NCBI GenBank assembly: GCA_045606105.1 | Contig: JAZURI010000009.1 | Span: forward strand, 67,611 to 131,610 | DNA: 64,000 nt | Origin: Spirochaetia bacterium | Lineage (GTDB): Bacteria; Spirochaetota; Spirochaetia; CADAEX01 | Direction: 5' to 3' | Shown: positions 52,729 through 62,365 of the stretch, piece after piece | Position numbering within the stretch: position 1 is the stretch's first letter | How the letters are laid out: every line of letters starts with the position of its first letter | Program-made: the position numbers and the translations under genes | The notes under the pieces: generated by a model | Databases searched by the model: none | Seen by the model: only the letters and a program-made list of their open reading frames with translations | Told to the model about the DNA's origin: nothing

Positions 52729-53436
52729 ATGAGTATAGAAGCAGATATCAGAAGCAATATAGAGCAGGTAATGGAGGAACTGGCAGCTGCGGCAGTCAGG
52801 GCCGGAAGAAAGGAGTCTAAAATCAGGCTCATGTCTGTAACCAAGACCAAGCCTTACGAATATGTGGAAGCAGCCTACAAGGCAGGCTCAAGACTTTTCG
52901 GCGAGAACCGGGTAAACGAGCTGGTAGAGAAATTCTCCTCCTTTTATCCTGACGGAGAGGTGCATCTTATCGGCCATCTCCAGAGAAACAAGGCCAAGGA
53001 GGCTGTAAAATATGCCTCTTCCATCGATTCTGTAGACAAGTTCGAAACAGCGGCCGCCATAAACAAGTACTGTGAGGAATTCGGAAAAACCATGGATATC
53101 CTCCTTGAGTACAATACCTCCGGTGAAGAATCAAAAAGCGGTTTCGGCAGCGAAGACCGGTTCTTTGAGACAGTGGACAGGATCAGGGAGCTCCCTTTTG
53201 TCAGGATCAGAGGTCTCATGACCGTGGGTCCCCTTACCGATGACCGGGATGCCATAAGACTTGCTTTCCGTCATCTTGCATCGCTCTTTTCAGAGGTGGA
53301 CCGCAGGCATCCGGACCTGAAGATAAAGGAGCTTTCCATGGGAATGTCCTCCGATTTTGATATAGCCATTGAGGAGGGTTCCACCATTATCCGTATCGGA
53401 ACCAGACTTTTCGGAGCAAGAAACTATAATATATGA
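52729..53436 (+). CDS. yggS: YggS/PROSC PLP homeostasis protein
   Basis: VTKT, FGENRV.E, HLIGHLQRNK, GLMT and LSMGMSSD motifs. Confidence 0.94.
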   Translation: MSIEADIRSNIEQVMEELAAAAVRAGRKESKIRLMSVTKTKPYEYVEAAYKAGSRLFGENRVNELVEKFSSFYPDGEVHLIGHLQRNKAKEAVKYASSIDSVDKFETAAAINKYCEEFGKTMDILLEYNTSGEESKSGFGSEDRFFETVDRIRELPFVRIRGLMTVGPLTDDRDAIRLAFRHLASLFSEVDRRHPDLKIKELSMGMSSDFDIAIEEGSTIIRIGTRLFGARNYNI

Positions 53437-53864
53437 AGAAATTCCTTTTTCTCATTGTACTTCTGACCCTGTTCTCCCCGGCCCTTTTTGCAGATGATTC
53501 AAAGGAGACCGATACCGGAGATATGGAAAACCGTTATCCGGACCTGCTTCCGGAGGAGTACGATCCCGACGAATACCCGGATTGGGCACTGAAGGTCAGG
53601 AGAGCTACCGTTGTCTTTGCGGGAAGTTATCCCCTTTCCGTTTTCTTTACCAAGCTGGGAATGGATTTCTACGACTATGCCATCCATGATTTCAATTCGG
53701 AATATTCCCCTGCAATCATGGGAGGCGGCAGCAAGACCGATTATTCCAAGGGAGAGATAAAGAGGGTTGCCCTGGTGGCCCTTGCAGTTTCGGGAGTGGT
53801 GACGGCAATAGATTTCATCATTCAGGAAATAAAGGAAAACAAGAAAGAAAAAAACAGGAAATAG
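53433..53864 (+). CDS. hypothetical exported/membrane protein
   Basis: Signal peptide; Y...EYP.W...RR motif; two hydrophobic helices. Confidence 0.65.
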   Translation: MKKFLFLIVLLTLFSPALFADDSKETDTGDMENRYPDLLPEEYDPDEYPDWALKVRRATVVFAGSYPLSVFFTKLGMDFYDYAIHDFNSEYSPAIMGGGSKTDYSKGEIKRVALVALAVSGVVTAIDFIIQEIKENKKEKNRK

Positions 53865-54791
53865 ATGGAAAAATTTACCCTTGAGGCAGAAAATATAGAA
53901 AATCCGGTCCGCGTAGACCGTTTCATATCGGAAAACAGCAAGGTATCCAGAACCAGGCTGAAGGCAGATAACTGCATTATCCTCATCAACGGCCGTCCCG
54001 CAAAGCTGTCAAAAAGCGTTGTAAGCGGAGATATCGTGGAGGTTACCCTGCCGGACGAGGAGAAGCCTCAGGACATTGTCCCTGAAAAGATGGAGCTGGA
54101 TATCATATTCGAGGACGAGAATGTAATAGTCATAAACAAGGCCCAGGGGGTGGTGGTTCATCCTGCAGCCGGCAATTTCGGAGGAACTCTTGTAAACGGA
54201 CTTCTTCATCATGCCGCAGAGCTGGAGGAGGAATTCGAGGACGAGACCGTAAGACCGGGCATAGTTCACCGGCTGGACAAGGATACCTCAGGTGTCATCA
54301 TCGTGGCCAAGAACCCTGAAACCCACGAGTTCCTTTCGGAGCAGTTCAGAAACAAGGTTACCCGGAAAACCTACCTGGCCGTAATCAAGGGACGCCTGCC
54401 CAGAAGACATGATATAATAGAAACATATATAGTAAGGGACCGGCAGAACCGTAAGAAGTTCACGGTACCGGGAGTCGGCTCGGAAAAGGGGCGCTTTGCC
54501 GCTACGGAATATGAGGTTGCCGAGGAATTTGACAGATACACCTTCTGCCGGCTTTATCCCCATACCGGAAGAACCCATCAGCTCCGTGTCCATATGCAGT
54601 ACCTGAATGTCCCGATCCTGGGAGATCCGGTATATTCCAGAAAGGACGGGAACTTCCCGGAGGCCACCCTGATGCTCCATGCCGCCAGCCTGGAGATATT
54701 CATTCCGGGCCGGGAGGAGAAGCAGCTTTTTACCGCCCCGGTACCGGAACGGTTTGAAAACATACTCAAGGAGCTCAGGAACGGAAAATGA
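53865..54791 (+). CDS. rluD: RluA/RluD family pseudouridine synthase with S4 domain
   Basis: NK.QG.VVHP, RPGIVHRLDKDTSG, TGRTHQLRVH and GDPVY motifs. Confidence 0.9.
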   Translation: MEKFTLEAENIENPVRVDRFISENSKVSRTRLKADNCIILINGRPAKLSKSVVSGDIVEVTLPDEEKPQDIVPEKMELDIIFEDENVIVINKAQGVVVHPAAGNFGGTLVNGLLHHAAELEEEFEDETVRPGIVHRLDKDTSGVIIVAKNPETHEFLSEQFRNKVTRKTYLAVIKGRLPRRHDIIETYIVRDRQNRKKFTVPGVGSEKGRFAATEYEVAEEFDRYTFCRLYPHTGRTHQLRVHMQYLNVPILGDPVYSRKDGNFPEATLMLHAASLEIFIPGREEKQLFTAPVPERFENILKELRNGK

Positions 54792-55351
54792 AGGTCTTTA
54801 CAATTTTTCAGCCTTATGAGTTTACCAACACCTACCTCATCAGCAGAAGAAGCTCCGGAGATGCCATCCTGGTGGATCCCGGCTCCTTTGACCTGAACCT
54901 GCTGAATCTTATAGAAAAGAACCATTATTATATTTCCCATGTCCTTCTTTCCCATTCCCACATAAATCATACAAAGGGCATTCCGACCCTCATGAAGATC
55001 TACAATGCCAGGATATACAGCATGAAGCCGGTAATCCACGGCTACAGCACGGAGGTCATAGAAAAGGAGACTGTGCTCCATATAGCGGGACTGAAGGTTA
55101 CGGCCATCCCTCTGCCGGGTCATTCCGACGATTCCTTGATCTTCAAGCTGGACAACATGCTTTTCACCGGAGATACCATCAAGGCAGGATATACCGGAGA
55201 AACTCCTGGCCTCAAGGAACAGCATGCCATGACAGCCCTCATCAGGAAAAAAATCTTCAAGCTTACCGGCGAATATCTCATATTTCCGGGTCATGGTGCA
55301 CCTACTACCCTGGCCGCCGAAAAAAAGAGCAATCTCCTTATCCGCAGGTAA
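54788..55351 (+). CDS. MBL-fold metallo-hydrolase
   Basis: NTYL, VDPG, SHSHINH, PGHS, FTGD and FPGHG motifs. Confidence 0.85.
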   Translation: MKVFTIFQPYEFTNTYLISRRSSGDAILVDPGSFDLNLLNLIEKNHYYISHVLLSHSHINHTKGIPTLMKIYNARIYSMKPVIHGYSTEVIEKETVLHIAGLKVTAIPLPGHSDDSLIFKLDNMLFTGDTIKAGYTGETPGLKEQHAMTALIRKKIFKLTGEYLIFPGHGAPTTLAAEKKSNLLIRR

Positions 55352-55486
55352 AAAACAATCATAATATTTCCTGATTGAAAACCCGAAATGTATCATAAAA
55401 TTTTATTATCCAAACTATAAGGAAATGTTGACAAATCAGACTTTGTGACTGAAAGTGGAATTAAGAAAAATTCAGGAGGAAAGTTT

Positions 55487-56482
55487 ATGAAGAAACGTTT
55501 ATTGATTGCAGTTTTGATGATCTGTCTCATTTCGGGAACAGCATTTGCAAAAGGACAGTCAGATGACGATGCTTTCAAGGCAGTCATGGGTAGCTCCAGC
55601 CTCGGCGGAACATGGTACTCATGCGCATGTAAGATTGCAAGCGTAGCTGCACAGTACGGTGGAATTGAAGTAACAGTACAGGCATCCGGAGGTGGTGCGG
55701 AAAACATAAGACTCATGGCCCAGAACGAATATCAGATGGGACTTGCAGAACCAAGTATCGCTGCATATGCATTCAATGGTACAAGTATGTTTGAAGGTGC
55801 TCCGGTAAAAGACATCAGATTCGTTACAGACCTTTATCCGAATGCCCTCTGTGCTATGGTAATGAAGGAAGGGGACATCAAGACTCTCTATGACCTGGTG
55901 GTAAAAGACGGACCTAAGAAAGGCTTCTGTTTCGGTTCTCCGGGATCAGGTGACGAGCTGGTATGGATCGAGGCTCTTTCCGGCTTCGGAATCACAAAAG
56001 ATATGCTTAAGTGGAGACCACTTTCCCATTCCGAAAGAGTTACAGCATTCAAGGACAGACAGCTGGAATGTCTCGGATATGCAACAGCACAGCCATCAGG
56101 CTCTATTCTCGAAGCATGTGCTCAGAACCCGATCAGACTTCTTGAGATCGGCGGAAAGGAAAGAGAGGCCATCCTGGCCAAATACCCATGGTACGATCCG
56201 TATGTTATTCCTGCAGGAATGTACAACGGCGTTGACAAGGATGTACAGACCATCAGTATCGGCGGTTATGTAGTAGCTAAGGAAGATGTTCCTGAAGATT
56301 ATATCTACAATTACCTCAAGGCTATGTACAGTGCAGATGGTGTTAAGCAGGTACAGTCAGTATCAGCAGGAACAAAGACCGTATCCCTTGAGACAGCTCT
56401 CGGCGGAAACAAGGACGGAAAGATTCTTCCGTTCCACCCAGGTGCAATTAAATTCTACAAAGAGATGGGGATGATCAAATAA
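55487..56482 (+). CDS. TAXI family TRAP transporter solute-binding protein
   Basis: ATG 55487 after AGGAGG; signal peptide; GGTWY, S.GG.EN, LYPN, G.PGSG, IPAG.Y and PFHPGA.KFY motifs. Confidence 0.9.
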   Translation: MKKRLLIAVLMICLISGTAFAKGQSDDDAFKAVMGSSSLGGTWYSCACKIASVAAQYGGIEVTVQASGGGAENIRLMAQNEYQMGLAEPSIAAYAFNGTSMFEGAPVKDIRFVTDLYPNALCAMVMKEGDIKTLYDLVVKDGPKKGFCFGSPGSGDELVWIEALSGFGITKDMLKWRPLSHSERVTAFKDRQLECLGYATAQPSGSILEACAQNPIRLLEIGGKEREAILAKYPWYDPYVIPAGMYNGVDKDVQTISIGGYVVAKEDVPEDYIYNYLKAMYSADGVKQVQSVSAGTKTVSLETALGGNKDGKILPFHPGAIKFYKEMGMIK

Positions 56483-56500
56483 TTGAGGATTTTTTCCTCG

Positions 56501-56528
56501 GGCCTTGCGGAAGCAAGGCTTTTTTTTT
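56501..56528 (+). terminator. intrinsic terminator
   Basis: GGCCTTGC-GGAA-GCAAGGCT followed by a T-run. Confidence 0.8.
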
Positions 56529-56692
56529 GCCCGGAAGGTAAAAAACGAGGTTCAAAAAATCTTATGGCAGATGAAATTAGTATAAGAAAATATTATGGTT
56601 TAAATAAGACAAAAACATTGACAACCGGCTAAAGAGGGTTTATACCCGAAGTATAGATTTTCAGAAAAAAAAACGAAAAAGAGGAGGAAATC

Positions 56693-57886
56693 ATGGGAAA
56701 GAAATTGTTTGTTTTAGGTGCAGGTAATATCTGCAGCTGGTCACTCAGAACTGTGGTAATGCTTGACAAGACAATATTTGATAAAATCACTATCGGAGAT
56801 TATGATCTGGCAAAGGCTGAGGCCCTCAAGGCAGAACTCAACGATCCGAGAGTGGATGTAGTAAAGGTAGATGTTGTAAAGGACGAAGAGGGTACAATCG
56901 AAAAGATCAAGGGATATGACCTTGTAATGGACGGAACCACAATCAAGCTCAATGACATCACCACAAGAATCATTCTTAAAGCAGGATGTGACGGCGTTAA
57001 CCTTAACGGAATGGGTGCCGAATATAAATATGATGAAGATTTCAAGAAAATCGGAAAGATCATGGTACCGGGCTACGGAATGACACCTGGACTTACAGAT
57101 GCAATGGTAAGAGCCGGAGCAGACAGATTCGACAAGATTGATACAGTAAGAATCAGCCACTGTGCTTACAGACCTATTGCATACTCACCTGCAATCTTTG
57201 AAACAACATCATACGAATATGATCCTCTCCTTCCTGGAAGAATCATCTTTGAAAACGGCGAGTTCAAGCAGGTTCCTCCTTTCTCAAGAGAAAGACTTAT
57301 TCCTACACCTGCTCCTTACGGAACAAACCCTCAGTACATCATTCCTCATGCTGAAACACATACAGCAAAGGATTATCTGAAGAGAATCGGAAAGGAGCCT
57401 AGACTTATCGAGGTAAGAGGAACATGGCCACAGAAGAACATGAGACTTATCAAAGCTCTCTATGAATGGGGAATCCTGAGAAACGAAAGCTTCATCTATG
57501 ACGGAAAAGAGCTGAAGATCATGGATGTACTCGGTCAGTACCTCCAGCAGAAAGAAGAAGGAAAGGTAACAGATTTCTACGGATACTGTCTCTATATCCA
57601 GATGCTGGGTGAAAGAAACGGAAAGAAGTACGAAGTTGTATACTATCATACACATCCTGCTTCAAATGCCGGAATCAAGGGCTGGGAAGGACTCGATGCC
57701 TATGTAAGGAACGTAGGAACACCTATGGGTGCAGCAGCTATCCTTATCGGAGAAGGAAAGGCTATCGGAACAGGTTGTGTAACACCTGAAGAAGCTTTTG
57801 AATCAGACGATATCTTCAAGCTTATTGAAGCAACAGGTATCAAGATCCATCAGACAGAAAGGGAGATTCCTGACTACAATTACTGA
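56693..57886 (+). CDS. saccharopine dehydrogenase-like NAD(P)-dependent oxidoreductase
   Basis: Rossmann VLGAG..ITIGD; PGYGMTPGLTD, HAET and T..P...AA..I..G..G..PE motifs. Confidence 0.8.
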   Translation: MGKKLFVLGAGNICSWSLRTVVMLDKTIFDKITIGDYDLAKAEALKAELNDPRVDVVKVDVVKDEEGTIEKIKGYDLVMDGTTIKLNDITTRIILKAGCDGVNLNGMGAEYKYDEDFKKIGKIMVPGYGMTPGLTDAMVRAGADRFDKIDTVRISHCAYRPIAYSPAIFETTSYEYDPLLPGRIIFENGEFKQVPPFSRERLIPTPAPYGTNPQYIIPHAETHTAKDYLKRIGKEPRLIEVRGTWPQKNMRLIKALYEWGILRNESFIYDGKELKIMDVLGQYLQQKEEGKVTDFYGYCLYIQMLGERNGKKYEVVYYHTHPASNAGIKGWEGLDAYVRNVGTPMGAAAILIGEGKAIGTGCVTPEEAFESDDIFKLIEATGIKIHQTEREIPDYNY

Positions 57887-57917
57887 TTTCATTTTATCTT
57901 CTGAATAGATTATATCT

Positions 57918-57953
57918 GCGGATGCGGTCTGGGGAACCGTATCCGCTTTTTTT
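57918..57953 (+). terminator. intrinsic terminator
   Basis: GCGGATGCGGT-CTGGGGA-ACCGTATCCGC followed by T7. Confidence 0.8.
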
Positions 57954-57997
57954 AGCAATAAAAATCGTTGCTAAAAACTGAAAAAGAGTGTTAGAAT
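57949..57997 (+). promoter_or_regulatory. eut promoter with an inverted repeat over the -35 box
   Basis: TTTTTAGCAA-N9-TTGCTAAAAA; TTGCTA-18 nt-TAGAAT with extended TG. Confidence 0.45.
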
Positions 57998-58016
57998 TTA
58001 GGACAAGGGGGAATGG

Positions 58017-59444
58017 ATGTCAGTTATACTGAGTGTCGGTATCGATATCGGCACCACTACTACTCAGGTCATATTCAGCCGGATAGAGATTGACAATACC
58101 GCCTCTTTTTTTACAGTTCCGAGAATATCGGTTCTAGGCAAGGAAATCGTGTACCGAAGTGCCGTTCACCTGACTCCTCTCAGGGACGAGGTTTTTATCG
58201 ACGGCGGCAGGGTACGGGAGATAGTTGCCGGTGAATACGAAAAGGCAGGGTTCACACCGGGGGATGTGGATACCGGAGCCGTTATCATTACGGGGGAAGC
58301 GGCCAGAAAGGAAAATGCTGCCACAGTTCTCGGAACCCTGAGCGATTTTGCCGGAGACTTTGTGGTCTCCACCGCAGGACCGGATCTGGAATCGGTGATT
58401 TCGGGAAAGGGAAGCGGTGCCTGGCAGTACAGTCTGGATAACCTGTGCCGGGTAATGAACCTGGATATCGGCGGCGGAACCACAAACATGGTTCTGTTCG
58501 ACTGCGGAGAGACAGCCGGAAAGGGATGTCTCGACATAGGGGGCAGACTGATAAGGGTAGATGAGAAGCGCAGTATCAGCTATATAGCTCCCAGCGCCGC
58601 CCTTATTGCCGGGAATCTGGGGCTGGATCTGAAAACGGGAATGCCTGCCGATGAGAAAAGGCTTTCCGAGGTTACGGATGCCATGGCCGATATCCTGGCA
58701 CAGGCAGCAGGGCTTAAGCCGGCAGGTTTACTTGCGGACAAGGTAAGGACCGGAACAAGCTCTGTCATGGAAACCGGCATGAAAATCGACAGGATATGTT
58801 TTTCCGGAGGAGTGGCGGATTGTATCCGTTCCGGTCCGGAAAATGTTTTTGCCTACGGGGACATAGGCATACTGCTGGGGCGTTCCGTAAGGAACAACCC
58901 TTTTTTCTCTTCTGTGAAGCAGATAGAGGCGGCAGAGACAATAAGGGCAACGGTAATAGGTGCCGGTACATATACCATGAACCTTTCCGGCAGCACCATA
59001 AGCTATTCCGAAGGTATTTTCCCGGTAAGGAACATACCTGTATGCAAGCTGCCTCAGGATGTGGAAAGGGAGTGCTTCAGGGGAAACCGGGAGCCTCTTG
59101 CCGGAAGAATGAAATGGTTCATGAGCCAGAACGGTTCCGAGCGGATGGTGCTGGCAATGAAAGGACCCAAAGATCCCTCCTTCGGGGAGCTGGAACTGGC
59201 TGCCGACTGCATAATGAGATGTGCGGAAGAGCTTATACCTTATGATATCCCCGTAATAGTTATTGCCGAGGAAGATATTGCCAAGGCACTGGGAATAGCC
59301 ATGAAGGGTGTTTCCGGAGAAAAAAGAAAGATTGCATCCGTTGACAGCATCAGGGTGGATGAAGGGGATTTCCTGGATATCGGGACTCCTCTCATGGACG
59401 GTCTGGTGGTGCCGGTGGTGGTTAAGACACTGCTGTTCGGATAA
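58017..59444 (+). CDS. eutA: ethanolamine ammonia-lyase reactivating factor EutA
   Basis: SVGIDIGTTTTQ, GAVIITGE.ARKENA, DIGGGT and PVVVKTL motifs. Confidence 0.95.
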   Translation: MSVILSVGIDIGTTTTQVIFSRIEIDNTASFFTVPRISVLGKEIVYRSAVHLTPLRDEVFIDGGRVREIVAGEYEKAGFTPGDVDTGAVIITGEAARKENAATVLGTLSDFAGDFVVSTAGPDLESVISGKGSGAWQYSLDNLCRVMNLDIGGGTTNMVLFDCGETAGKGCLDIGGRLIRVDEKRSISYIAPSAALIAGNLGLDLKTGMPADEKRLSEVTDAMADILAQAAGLKPAGLLADKVRTGTSSVMETGMKIDRICFSGGVADCIRSGPENVFAYGDIGILLGRSVRNNPFFSSVKQIEAAETIRATVIGAGTYTMNLSGSTISYSEGIFPVRNIPVCKLPQDVERECFRGNREPLAGRMKWFMSQNGSERMVLAMKGPKDPSFGELELAADCIMRCAEELIPYDIPVIVIAEEDIAKALGIAMKGVSGEKRKIASVDSIRVDEGDFLDIGTPLMDGLVVPVVVKTLLFG

Positions 59445-59458
59445 ACAGGGGGAATTTT

Positions 59459-60835
59459 TTGAAGCTGAATACCGTTCTTGCAGGAAAACACTTTGAGTTC
59501 GGATCTGTAAAGGAGGTCCTGGCCAAGGCCAATGAAGTTAAGTCCGGGGACATGCTTGCGGGAATTGCCGCATCCACCGATCTGGAAAGAGTGGCCGCCA
59601 AGGAAGTACTGAGCAGACTTCTGGTAAGGGATCTCAGGGAAAATCCTGTTGTTCCTTACGAGGATGATGAGGTAACAAGACTTAATCAGGATTCGCTGGA
59701 TCCTGAGGTTTATGATGAAATAAAGAACCGGAGCATTGCCGAGCTGAGGGAATATATCCTGGATTACGGCACTTCGGAGGAAGATATAAAAAGACTGGGC
59801 CGGGGACTTACCGCAGAGGTGGTGGCCGGTGTCTGCAAGCTCATGAGCAACCTGGACCTGGTTTATGCTGCCGACAAGGTGCGGATTACCGCTACCTGCA
59901 ATACCACCATCGGATGCAGGGGAACCCTGTCCACCAGGCTTCAGCCGAACCATTCCACCGACCGGGTGGACGGTATCACTGCATCGGTTTTCGAGGGGCT
60001 CAGCTACGGCTGCGGGGATGCGCTCATAGGGCTCAACCCTGTCAATGATACAGTTTCAAGCCTTGCCGAGATACTCAAGCGTTTTGATGAAATAAAGAAC
60101 CGGTTCGAAATCCCGACACAGATCTGCGTACTGGGACATATCACTACCCAGATAGAGGCAGTGAAGCGGGGAGCACCCTGCGACATGATATTCCAGTCCA
60201 TAGCAGGAAGCCAGAAGGGAAACAGTGCCTTCGGTTTCAATGCCGGTACAGTCCGGGAAGCCATGGCTCTTCTCAGGGAAAAGGGAACAGCCAGGGGACC
60301 GAATGTCATGTACTTTGAAACAGGTCAGGGAAGCGAGCTCTCCTCCGATGCTCATTACGGAGCGGATCAGGTAACCATGGAGGCCAGATGCTATGCCTTT
60401 GCCAGGGAATTTTCACCGTTTATGGTAAATACCGTAGTAGGCTTCATCGGTCCCGAATATCTCTACGACAGCAGACAGGTTATCAGGGCCGGTCTTGAGG
60501 ACCATTTCATGGGCAAGCTTTCAGGTATACCTATGGGCTGCGACTGCTGCTACACCAACCACATGATGGCAAGTCAGGATGATATAGAAAACCTGGCCCT
60601 TCTTCTGGGAAGCGCCGGGGTAAACTACATACTCGGTGTTCCGACCAGCGACGATGTCATGCTGAACTATCAGACAAATGCCTATCACGATTCCCAGGCA
60701 ATCAGGGAGATTCTCCGTCTCCGTCCTATAAGGGAGTTCGAGCAGTGGCTTGAAAAAATGGGAATCATGGAAAACGGAAAGCTTACCGGGGCAGCAGGCG
60801 ATCCTACCATCTTTTCAAACAGGAGGGGATTGTGA
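59459..60835 (+). CDS. eutB: ethanolamine ammonia-lyase large subunit
   Basis: RLQPNH.TD, YFETGQGS, NTVVGFIGPEY and GLEDHFMGK motifs. Confidence 0.97.
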   Translation: MKLNTVLAGKHFEFGSVKEVLAKANEVKSGDMLAGIAASTDLERVAAKEVLSRLLVRDLRENPVVPYEDDEVTRLNQDSLDPEVYDEIKNRSIAELREYILDYGTSEEDIKRLGRGLTAEVVAGVCKLMSNLDLVYAADKVRITATCNTTIGCRGTLSTRLQPNHSTDRVDGITASVFEGLSYGCGDALIGLNPVNDTVSSLAEILKRFDEIKNRFEIPTQICVLGHITTQIEAVKRGAPCDMIFQSIAGSQKGNSAFGFNAGTVREAMALLREKGTARGPNVMYFETGQGSELSSDAHYGADQVTMEARCYAFAREFSPFMVNTVVGFIGPEYLYDSRQVIRAGLEDHFMGKLSGIPMGCDCCYTNHMMASQDDIENLALLLGSAGVNYILGVPTSDDVMLNYQTNAYHDSQAIREILRLRPIREFEQWLEKMGIMENGKLTGAAGDPTIFSNRRGL

Positions 60836-61686
60836 TGACAGACGAAAAGCTTATTGATCTTATTACCCGGGAAGTACTCAGACAGTTAGGTCGTCTCCCT
60901 GCCGAAAACGGAGAAAAGAGGGCAGATTCCGATTACGACATAACCTCTGAGGAGGCCAGAAGCGAGATTCTTCTTGAAAATCCTGTGGATTCCCAGGAGC
61001 TGGCCCATATGAAGAAAAGAACCACAGCCAGAATCGGTGTGGGAAAATGCGGAGCCAGACTCAATACCAGAACCATGCTTACCCTCAGGGCCGACCATGC
61101 ACAGGCCCGTGATTCCGTACTGAAGGATGTGGACAGCGACCTTATTTCAAGACTGGGGCTTTTTACCGTAAAATCCAGGTGCGACAGCAAGGATGTCTTT
61201 ATCACCAGACCTGATCTGGGAAGAAGGCTTTCTCCCGAAAGCGTGGAGGTCATCAAGGTCAAGTGCAGGAAGAATCCCGATGTACAGATATTTGCATCGG
61301 ACGGACTCAGCTCATCAGCCATAGATTCCAATCTGGAAAAGATTCTGCCGGTGCTGAACAAGGGGCTGGAAAGCAAGGGCTATTCGGTGGGAACTCCTTT
61401 TTTCCTGAAATACGGAAGAGTTGCCGCAGAGGATGAGGTGGCGGAAATAGTAGGAGCCAGGGTGGTGTGTGTCCTTATAGGAGAAAGACCGGGACTGGCT
61501 ACCGCCGAAAGCATGAGTGCCTATATTGTTTACAATGCCCATGTGGGTACGGAGGAATCGAAGAGAACAGTTGTTTCCAATATCCACAAGGACGGACTTT
61601 CTGCCGTGGAGGCAGGAGCCTATATAGTTGATGTTATAGAAAAGATTATCAAAGCCGGAGCCAGCGGTGTGGATCTGGTGAAGTGA
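60832..61686 (+). CDS. eutC: ethanolamine ammonia-lyase small subunit with N-terminal encapsulation peptide
   Basis: TTARIG.G, DHA.ARD, RPDLGR, DGLSS, IGERPGL and SNIH motifs; N-terminal EKLIDLITREVLRQL. Confidence 0.96.
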   Translation: MMTDEKLIDLITREVLRQLGRLPAENGEKRADSDYDITSEEARSEILLENPVDSQELAHMKKRTTARIGVGKCGARLNTRTMLTLRADHAQARDSVLKDVDSDLISRLGLFTVKSRCDSKDVFITRPDLGRRLSPESVEVIKVKCRKNPDVQIFASDGLSSSAIDSNLEKILPVLNKGLESKGYSVGTPFFLKYGRVAAEDEVAEIVGARVVCVLIGERPGLATAESMSAYIVYNAHVGTEESKRTVVSNIHKDGLSAVEAGAYIVDVIEKIIKAGASGVDLVK

Positions 61687-61692
61687 GGATAA

Positions 61693-62346
61693 ATGAAAGG
61701 GGATAGGTTAAAGACCACCGTACTCAGTGTCAGGATCATACCGAATGTGGATCCGGGACTGGCAGCGGAACTGAAGCTTCCGGAGGGACATATCAGTCTC
61801 GGTCTCATAACCACGGACTGCGACGATGTCTCCTATGTGGCCCTGGATGAGGCTACAAAGAAGGCAGAGGTAAAGGTTGCATATGCAAGAAGCCTTTATG
61901 CCGGCTCAACCAATGCCAGCACAGCCCTTGCCGGTGAATTCATCGGCATGATTTCCGGGGAGAATCCGGAAGAGGTTAAAAGCGGCCTGGAAGCGGCGGT
62001 CAGCTTCATAAACAATGATGCAGCCTTTGTCAGTGCCAATGACGAGGATTCCGTTGTCTACTTTGCCCAGTGCATTTCCAGGACAGGCTCATATCTGTCG
62101 GCCGGGGCAGGGGTTGAGGAAGGGACAGCCATGGCCTATCTCATAGCACCGCCCATCGAGGCATTGGTGGGGCTTGATGCTGCAGTAAAGGCGGCAGATG
62201 TCAGGATGAATGTCTTCTACGGACCGCCGACGGAAACCAACTTTGCCGGAGGACTCCTGACGGGAGACCAGGCCGCCTGCAAGGCAGCATGTGAGGCATT
62301 TGCGGCAGCCGTTTGTTCGGTGGCGGAAAATCCGCTTAAGTTTTAG
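61693..62346 (+). CDS. eutL: microcompartment shell protein EutL (BMC-T)
   Basis: SLGLIT.DCDD..Y.ALDEATK, YLIAPP.EA and PPTETNF.G motifs. Confidence 0.93.
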   Translation: MKGDRLKTTVLSVRIIPNVDPGLAAELKLPEGHISLGLITTDCDDVSYVALDEATKKAEVKVAYARSLYAGSTNASTALAGEFIGMISGENPEEVKSGLEAAVSFINNDAAFVSANDEDSVVYFAQCISRTGSYLSAGAGVEEGTAMAYLIAPPIEALVGLDAAVKAADVRMNVFYGPPTETNFAGGLLTGDQAACKAACEAFAAAVCSVAENPLKF

Positions 62347-62365
62347 GTAAGGACAGGGGGAGTAA

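Noticed and set aside
57887-58016. Cobalamin riboswitch or ANTAR hairpins before eutA
   Set aside because: The gap is 130 nt and filled by a terminator and promoter; AGCAAT does not extend to the ANTAR consensus and no B12 box was seen.
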